Below the pieces are notes generated by a model. The model had not been told where the DNA came from, did not search any database, and was given only the letters and a program-made list of their open reading frames with translations. Positions 51,135-64,000 of a stretch of 64,000 nt of DNA are shown here, one piece after another. This DNA comes from Eledone cirrhosa (taxonomy: Eukaryota). Position 1 is the first letter of the stretch; every line of letters begins with the position of its first letter. Both the position numbers and the translations under genes were made by a program. Where the stretch lies: the NCBI GenBank assembly GCA_964016885.1, contig OZ024740.1, forward strand, positions 103,974,001-104,038,000, read 5' to 3'.

Positions 51135-51994
51135 CTGAATTAATTTTCCGTATCATATTTTTTATATACTTCGTACGAGCATTTATGTAGTTTGCATTAG
51201 AATTTTTGTATCATGGGAGCACCCTCAGAGATAGTATTAGTATTCTTTTTCGTGATTCTGAATTATTATTTTGTATTAGTTTATTTTTTTTTGCACTGGG
51301 TGGTTGCTGGCCTTGTGCCTGGGGTAGAAACCTTTATTTCGTATTGGTCTCGGGACTCTGAATTATTATTTCGTGGTAGTTTCTTTAGTATTTTGGCCCC
51401 CCACTTGTTGACACGCCACCCGTAAGATATACTCGGTTGATTACTTATACCTCTTAAAAGGGCCTCATTATAATTCTGTCCCACCTAGTAAACCTTTCTT
51501 TAGTCTAGCAGTACCAGTGAGAGACTTGATAGCTGTCCTTAGGTTATAGTAACCAGAAATTGTTTTTTTTTTTACATTTAATTGTTTTCTTTTTGTGTTT
51601 TTTTAACATTCTCGGTAATTTTCTATATATTTACCCCATACTGTTTTACTTATTGTTTCGACTTCCTCCCCCTCCCCTTCCCTAGTATACTTCTCTTGAC
51701 CTCTTATCCTTAGGATTCTGCTGTAGTTGGCACTATCAATGCACGATTGGGTTTCCTCCACTCCCTCTCCGTCCTACTGGCAAGTTTAGCTATCCCTTCC
51801 TCCACAAATTGCCATGATAGAATTATGTGTCTAAACAACAAACTTTTGACCAATCCTTGTGACAATAACTTTTACCATATATGGAATTACCCCTTGAGAA
51901 GCTCGGCTATTCATATACCAGGATAAAAATGTTCATTTAGTCCAGAATTAGCCGTCAGAGTGGCTTGAGCCCAGCCGTCGGGGTCCTACTCGTT

Positions 51995-51998
<4 letters not shown>
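51135..51998 (+). mobile_element. Probable Penelope-like pLTR with degenerate hammerhead at 51889-51984
   Basis: Stem I ACCCC/GGGGT, stem II CGGCTA/TAGCCG and stem III GGC..GCC-GTC are retained, but the CUGANGA and GAAA boxes are mutated. Related to 37694 and 46778. Confidence 0.5.
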
Positions 51999-52062
<64 letters not shown>

Positions 52063-52118
52063 TATATATATGAATATATATATATATATATATGAATATA
52101 TATATATATATATATATA

Positions 52119-52181
<63 letters not shown>

Positions 52182-52210
52182 TATATATGAATATATATTC
52201 ATATATATGA

Positions 52211-52249
<39 letters not shown>

Positions 52250-52256
52250 TATATAA

Positions 52257-52296
<40 letters not shown>

Positions 52297-52455
52297 GAAT
52301 ATATATATATATATATATATGAATATATATATATATATATGAATATATATATATATATATATGAATATATATATATATATATATATATGAATATATATAT
52401 ATATATATATATGAATATATATATATATATATGAATATATATATATATATATATA

Positions 52456-52507
<52 letters not shown>

Positions 52508-52510
52508 TAT

Positions 52511-52577
<67 letters not shown>

Positions 52578-52588
52578 TATATATATAT

Positions 52589-53124
52589 CATCATCATCAT
52601 CATCATCAGGTTTAGCGTCCGTGTTCCATGCTGGCATGGGTTTGGACGGGGGTTTTCCCACTTGAGGCAAGAGTGGTTGTCTTGCTCGCATAGGACTGTC
52701 TGGCGGGTTTTTCTACAGTTGGGTGCCCTTCCTAACACCAACCACATTTACAGTGTGAGGCTGGGAGGTTTTTACCGTGTTGCCTACACGGCCACATTAC
52801 AGCGTGGACTGTCTGGCGGGTTTTCTACAGCTGGATGCCCTTCCTAACACCAACCACATTTACAGTGTGGGGCTGGGAGGTTTTTACCGTGTTGCCTACA
52901 CGGCCACATTTACAGCGTGGGACTGTGTGTTTTTTGTTGTGACACCTACACGATCTCATTTGTTTCGGCCTGGATGTTGTGGGACCAACATAACTTTACA
53001 TTGAAAGGGGCGGTGTGGATGGGGTGGAGGTGGTGGGACGGGGGTGTGTTTTGATAGAGATGCCTACTGACTGTAGTAGGTTTTTACTTTGTATTTAGGT
53101 AAGGCGGGTCTTCTCTATTACTCT
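52589..53124 (-). mobile_element. 3' end of the young RTE LINE with duplicated UTR block
   Basis: (CAT)n tail, UTR with a ~110-bp direct repeat, terminal codons of ORF2; inside (TA)n. Confidence 0.9.
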
Positions 53125-53234
53125 CTATATATATATATGAATATATATATATATATGAATATATATATATATATATGAATATATATATATATATATATAT
53201 ATGAATATATATATATATATAAATATATGAATAT

Positions 53235-53292
<58 letters not shown>

Positions 53293-53334
53293 GAATATAT
53301 ATATATATATATAAATATATATGAATATATATAT

Positions 53335-53369
<35 letters not shown>

Positions 53370-53392
53370 AATATATATATATGAATATATAT

Positions 53393-53427
<35 letters not shown>

Positions 53428-53567
53428 AATATATATATATATATGAATATATATATATATAAATATATATATGAATATATATATATATATATATATATGA
53501 ATATATATATATATATATATATATGAATATATATATATATATATGAATATATATATATATATATATG

Positions 53568-53675
<108 letters not shown>

Positions 53676-53690
53676 AATATATATATATAA

Positions 53691-53741
<51 letters not shown>

Positions 53742-53742
53742 A

Positions 53743-53776
<34 letters not shown>

Positions 53777-54082
53777 GAATATATATATATATATATGAAT
53801 ATATATATATATATATATATGAATATATATATATATATATATGAATATATATATATATATATATGAATATATATATATATATGATATATATGAATATATA
53901 TATATATATATATGAATATATATATATATATATATGAATATATATATATATATGAATATATATGAATATATATATATATATATATGAATATATATATATA
54001 TATATATATATATGAATATATAAATATATATATATATATATAAATATATATATATAATATATATATATATATATGAATATAT

Positions 54083-54200
<118 letters not shown>

Positions 54201-54208
54201 GAATATAT

Positions 54209-54315
<107 letters not shown>

Positions 54316-54422
54316 TATATAAATATATATATATATGAATATATATATATATATATGAATTATATATATATATATATATATGAATATATATATATATATG
54401 AATATATATATATATATATATA

Positions 54423-54462
<40 letters not shown>

Positions 54463-54537
54463 TATATATATATATACATGTAAGTATGTATGTATACGTA
54501 CATACATATATGTATACAGACGTACAGTAGCATGCAC

Positions 54538-54581
<44 letters not shown>

Positions 54582-54769
54582 TATATATATGTGCATGCTA
54601 CTGTACGTCTGTATACATATATGTATGTACGTATACATACATACTTACATATATATATATATATATTCATATATATATATATATATATATATATGTGCAT
54701 GCTACTGTACGTCTGTATACATATATGTATGTACGTATACATACATACTTACATATATATATATATATA

Positions 54770-54839
<70 letters not shown>

Positions 54840-54853
54840 TATATATATATATA

Positions 54854-54889
<36 letters not shown>

Positions 54890-55035
54890 TATATATATTC
54901 ATATATATATATATATTCATATATATATATATATATATTCATATATATATATTCATATATATATATATATTCATATATATATATTCATATATATATATAT
55001 ATATTCATATATATATTCATATATATATATATATA

Positions 55036-55099
<64 letters not shown>

Positions 55100-55109
55100 T
55101 ACATATATA

Positions 55110-56101
<992 letters not shown>

Positions 56102-56166
56102 TTATATATATATATATGAATATATATATATATATATATATATATGAATATATATATATATATATA

Positions 56167-56210
<44 letters not shown>

Positions 56211-56316
56211 TATAAATATATATATATAAATATAAATATATAAATATAAATATATATATATAAATATAAATATATAAATATAAATATATATATATAAATA
56301 TAAATATATAAATATA

Positions 56317-56488
<172 letters not shown>

Positions 56489-56503
56489 AATATGTATATA
56501 TAT

Positions 56504-56540
<37 letters not shown>

Positions 56541-56566
56541 AATATATATATATAAATATATATATA

Positions 56567-56662
<96 letters not shown>

Positions 56663-56679
56663 AATATATATATATATAA

Positions 56680-56743
<64 letters not shown>

Positions 56744-56749
56744 GAATAT

Positions 56750-56780
<31 letters not shown>

Positions 56781-57067
56781 AATATATAAATATATATGTA
56801 TATATATATATATAAATATATATATATGCATGAATATATATCTATCTATATATGCATCAATATATATATATATATATATACACATGAATATATATATACC
56901 TATATATGCATGAATATATATATATATGCATTCATAATATATATATATATGCATGCATAATATATATATATGCATGCATAATATATATATATATATCTAT
57001 ATATCTATATATGCATGAATATATATATATATGCATGCATATATATATATATATATATATATATTCA

Positions 57068-57167
<100 letters not shown>

Positions 57168-57219
57168 TGCATATATATATATATATATATATATATTCAT
57201 GCATATATATATATATTCA

Positions 57220-57257
<38 letters not shown>

Positions 57258-57363
57258 TGCATATATATATATATATATATATATATTCATGCATATATAT
57301 ATATATATATTCATGCATATATATATATATATATTCATGCATATATATATATATATATATTCA

Positions 57364-57398
<35 letters not shown>

Positions 57399-57562
57399 GC
57401 ATATATATATATATATATTCATGCATATATATATATATATATTCATGCATATATATATATATATATTCATGCATATATATATATACATATATATATATAC
57501 ATTCATGCATATACATATATATATATATATAAACATGCATATATATATATATACATTCATGC

Positions 57563-57593
<31 letters not shown>

Positions 57594-57955
57594 CATGCAT
57601 ATATATATATATACATTCATGCATATATATATATACATATATATATTCATGCATATATATATATATATATATATTCATATATATATATATATTCATGCAT
57701 ATATATATATATATATTCATGCATATATATATATATATATTCATGCATATATATATATATATATTCATGCATATATATATATATATATTCATGCATATAT
57801 ATATATATATATTCATGCATATATATATATATATATTCATGCATATATATATATATATATTCATGCATATATATATATATATATTCATGCATATATATAT
57901 ATATATATTCATGCATATATATATATATATATTCATATATATATATATATATTCA

Positions 57956-58017
<62 letters not shown>

Positions 58018-58020
58018 TGC

Positions 58021-58054
<34 letters not shown>

Positions 58055-58060
58055 TCATGC

Positions 58061-58094
<34 letters not shown>

Positions 58095-58100
58095 TCATGC

Positions 58101-58134
<34 letters not shown>

Positions 58135-58236
58135 TCATGCATATATATATATATACATATATATATATACATATATATATACATATACATATATATATAC
58201 ATATACATATATATATACATATACATATATATATAC

Positions 58237-58273
<37 letters not shown>

Positions 58274-58325
58274 CATATATATATACATATACATATATAT
58301 ATACATATACATATATATATACATA

Positions 58326-58377
<52 letters not shown>

Positions 58378-58389
58378 CATATATAATAC

Positions 58390-58439
<50 letters not shown>

Positions 58440-58467
58440 ATACATATACATATATATATACATATAT

Positions 58468-58582
<115 letters not shown>

Positions 58583-58663
58583 TATACCAATATACATATA
58601 TATACATATATATATATATACATATACATATATATATACATACATATATATACATATATATAC

Positions 58664-58696
<33 letters not shown>

Positions 58697-58779
58697 CATA
58701 CATATATATACATATATATATATACATATATATATATATACATATATATATACATATATATATACATATATACATATAC

Positions 58780-58854
<75 letters not shown>

Positions 58855-58869
58855 CATATATATATATAC

Positions 58870-58924
<55 letters not shown>

Positions 58925-58933
58925 CATATATAC

Positions 58934-58984
<51 letters not shown>

Positions 58985-58993
58985 CATATATAC

Positions 58994-59054
<61 letters not shown>

Positions 59055-59061
59055 TATATAC

Positions 59062-59152
<91 letters not shown>

Positions 59153-59155
59153 TAC

Positions 59156-59226
<71 letters not shown>

Positions 59227-59261
59227 CATATATATATACATATATATACATATATATATAC

Positions 59262-59308
<47 letters not shown>

Positions 59309-59633
59309 CATATATATATATACATATATACATATACATATACACATATATACATATACATATATATATATACATATATATATATACATATATACATATA
59401 TATATATACATATATACATATATATATATACATATATACATATACATATATACATATACATATATACATATATACATATATATATATATATACATATATA
59501 CATATATACATATATATATATATATACATATATACATATATACATATATACATATATATATATATACATATATACATATATACATATATATATATATATA
59601 CATATATACATATATATATATATACATATATAC

Positions 59634-59664
<31 letters not shown>

Positions 59665-59731
59665 CATATATACATATATACATATATACATATATACATA
59701 TATACATATATATATATATATACATATATAC

Positions 59732-59762
<31 letters not shown>

Positions 59763-59819
59763 CATATATATATACATATATATACATATATATATACATA
59801 TATATATACATATATATAC

Positions 59820-59850
<31 letters not shown>

Positions 59851-59859
59851 GATATATAC

Positions 59860-59908
<49 letters not shown>

Positions 59909-59923
59909 CATATATATATACAT

Positions 59924-59956
<33 letters not shown>

Positions 59957-60061
59957 TATATATACATATACATATATATATATATACATATATACATATA
60001 TACATATATATATATATATACATATATATACATATACATATATATATATATACATATATAC

Positions 60062-60107
<46 letters not shown>

Positions 60108-60122
60108 ATATATACATATTAC

Positions 60123-60153
<31 letters not shown>

Positions 60154-60162
60154 CATATATAC

Positions 60163-60193
<31 letters not shown>

Positions 60194-60202
60194 CATATAT
60201 AC

Positions 60203-60233
<31 letters not shown>

Positions 60234-60400
60234 CATATATACATATATATACATATATATATATATACATATATATACATATACATATATATACATATAT
60301 ATATATATACATATACATACATATACATATATATACATATATATATATATACATATACATACATATACATATATATATATATACATATACATACATATAC

Positions 60401-60465
<65 letters not shown>

Positions 60466-60472
60466 CATATAC

Positions 60473-60505
<33 letters not shown>

Positions 60506-60523
60506 CATATATATTATATATAC

Positions 60524-60612
<89 letters not shown>

Positions 60613-60685
60613 CATATATATATATACATATATATATATATACATATATATATATACATATATATATATACATATATATATATAT

Positions 60686-60814
<129 letters not shown>

Positions 60815-60925
60815 CATATATACATATATATACATATATACATATATATACATATATACATATATACATACATATATACATATATATACATATATATATA
60901 TACATACATATTTACATATATATAC

Positions 60926-60958
<33 letters not shown>

Positions 60959-60959
60959 C

Positions 60960-60990
<31 letters not shown>

Positions 60991-60991
60991 C

Positions 60992-61059
<68 letters not shown>

Positions 61060-61075
61060 CATATATATATATATA

Positions 61076-61448
61076 CATCATCATCATCATCATCATCATC
61101 AGGCTTAGCGTCCGTGTTCCACGCTTGCATGGGTTTGGACGGGGGTTTTCCCACTTGAGGCAAGAGTGGTTGTCTTGCTCGCATAGGACTGTCTGGCGGG
61201 TTTTCTACAGTTGGATGCCCTTCCTAACACCAACCACATTTACAGTGTGGGGCTGGGAGGTTTTTACCGTGTTGCCTACACGGCCACATTACAGCGTGGA
61301 CTGTCTGGCGGGTTTTCTACAGCTGGATGCCCTTCCTAACACCAACCACATTTACAGTGTGGGGCTGGAGGTTTTTACCGTGTTGCCTACACGGCCACAT
61401 TTACAGCGTGGACTGTGTGTTTTTTTTTCGTGACACCTACACGATCTC
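61076..61448 (-). mobile_element. 3' UTR of the young RTE LINE, running into the gap
   Basis: Near-identical to 52589-52958, including the UTR duplication. Confidence 0.9.
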
Positions 61449-61648
61449 NNNNNNNNNNNNNNNNNNNNNNNNNNNNNNNNNNNNNNNNNNNNNNNNNNNN
61501 NNNNNNNNNNNNNNNNNNNNNNNNNNNNNNNNNNNNNNNNNNNNNNNNNNNNNNNNNNNNNNNNNNNNNNNNNNNNNNNNNNNNNNNNNNNNNNNNNNNN
61601 NNNNNNNNNNNNNNNNNNNNNNNNNNNNNNNNNNNNNNNNNNNNNNNN
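61449..61648. other. Assembly gap (200 N)
   Basis: Run of N. Confidence 1.
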
Positions 61649-61658
61649 CATATACACA

Positions 61659-61690
<32 letters not shown>

Positions 61691-61771
61691 CATATATATA
61701 TATATACATATATACATATACATATATATACATATATACAATATACATATATATACATAATATACATATAC

Positions 61772-61804
<33 letters not shown>

Positions 61805-61810
61805 CATATA

Positions 61811-61841
<31 letters not shown>

Positions 61842-62056
61842 ATACATACATACATATACATATACATATAATACATATATACATATATACATATATACAT
61901 ATATACATATATACATATACATATATACATATATACTATAATATACATATATATATACATATATATATACATATATATATATATATACATATATACATAT
62001 ATACATATATACATATAATATATACATATATATATATATATACATATATACATATA

Positions 62057-62087
<31 letters not shown>

Positions 62088-63703
62088 ATATATATACATA
62101 TATACATATACATATATATACATACATACATATATACATATATATACATACATATACATACATACATACATACATATACATACATACATACATATATATA
62201 CATATATATAGATATATATACATATATACATACATATATATAAATATATATAGATATATATACATATATACATACATATATATACATATATATAGATATA
62301 TATACATATATACATACATATATATACATATATATACATATATATAGATATATATACATATATATACATACATATATATAGATATATATACATATATATA
62401 GATATATATACATATATATACATACATATACATACATATATATAGATATATATACATATATATAGATATATATACATATATATACATACATATATATACA
62501 TATATATACATACATATACATAGATATATATACATATATATACATACATATACATAGATATATATACATATATATACATACATATACATAGATATATATA
62601 CATATATATACATACATATACATAGATATATATACATACATATACATAGATATATATACATACATATACATAGATATATATACATACATATACATAGATA
62701 TATATACATATATATACATACATATACATAGATATATATACATATATATACATACATATACATAGATATATATACATATATATACATACATATACATAGA
62801 TATATATACATATATATACATACATATACATAGATATATATACATATATATATACATACATATACATACATATATATACATACATATACATAGATATATA
62901 TACATATATATACATACATATACATAGATATATATACATATATATACATACATATACATAGATATATATACATATATATACATACATATACATAGATATA
63001 TATACATATATATACATACATATACATAGATATATATACATATATATACATACATATATATATATACATATATATACATACATATACATAGATATATATA
63101 CATATATATACATACATATATATATATACATATATATACATACATATACATAGATATATATACATATATATACATAGATATATATACATATATATACATA
63201 CATATATATATATACATATATATACATACATATACATAGATATATATACATATATATACATACATATACATAGATATATATACATATATATACATACATA
63301 TACATAGATATATATACATATATATACATACATATACATAGATATATATACATATATATACATACATATACATAGATATATATACATATATATACATACA
63401 TATACATAGATATATATACATATATATACATACATATATATACATATATATACATACATATATATACATATATATACATACATATATATACATATATATA
63501 CATACATATACATACATATACATATAGATATATATACATATATATACATATAGATATATATACATATATATACATATAGATATATATACATATATATACA
63601 TATATATACATACATATATATATACATATATATACATACATATATATATACATATATATACATACATATATATATACATATATATACATACATATATATA
63701 TAC

Positions 63704-63852
<149 letters not shown>

Positions 63853-63881
63853 CATATATATATATACATATATATATATAC

Positions 63882-63934
<53 letters not shown>

Positions 63935-64000
63935 CATATAGATATATATACATATATATACATATAGATATATATACATATATATACATATAGATATATA

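Overview
AT-rich animal genomic DNA, probably an octopod cephalopod (inferred from the repeat families, huge (TA)n tracts and very long introns). The whole window appears to lie inside one minus-strand CaMKII gene. Only three coding exons are visible: two homologous 73-nt alphaE/HRD exons (39309-39381 and 24194-24266, equivalent to vertebrate exon 6) and the 103-nt DFG exon (13733-13835). The two 73-nt exons are almost certainly mutually exclusive. The main find is non-repetitive intronic sequence just downstream of the first copy that is strongly complementary to sequence just upstream of the second copy, about 14.7 kb away. This gives two long-range helices, with competing partners, a possible distal branch point and RBFOX/MBNL-type motifs nearby, suggesting an RNA-structure splice switch for the kinase catalytic core. 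The rest is repeat: a PHD-finger-containing RTE LINE family found in (TA)n tracts, Penelope-like elements with hammerhead ribozymes and fold-back hairpins, tRNA-derived SINEs, several MITE families, and about 12 kb of (TA)n-derived satellite with a 200-N gap. Almost all ORF-track entries other than the LINE ORFs are spurious.
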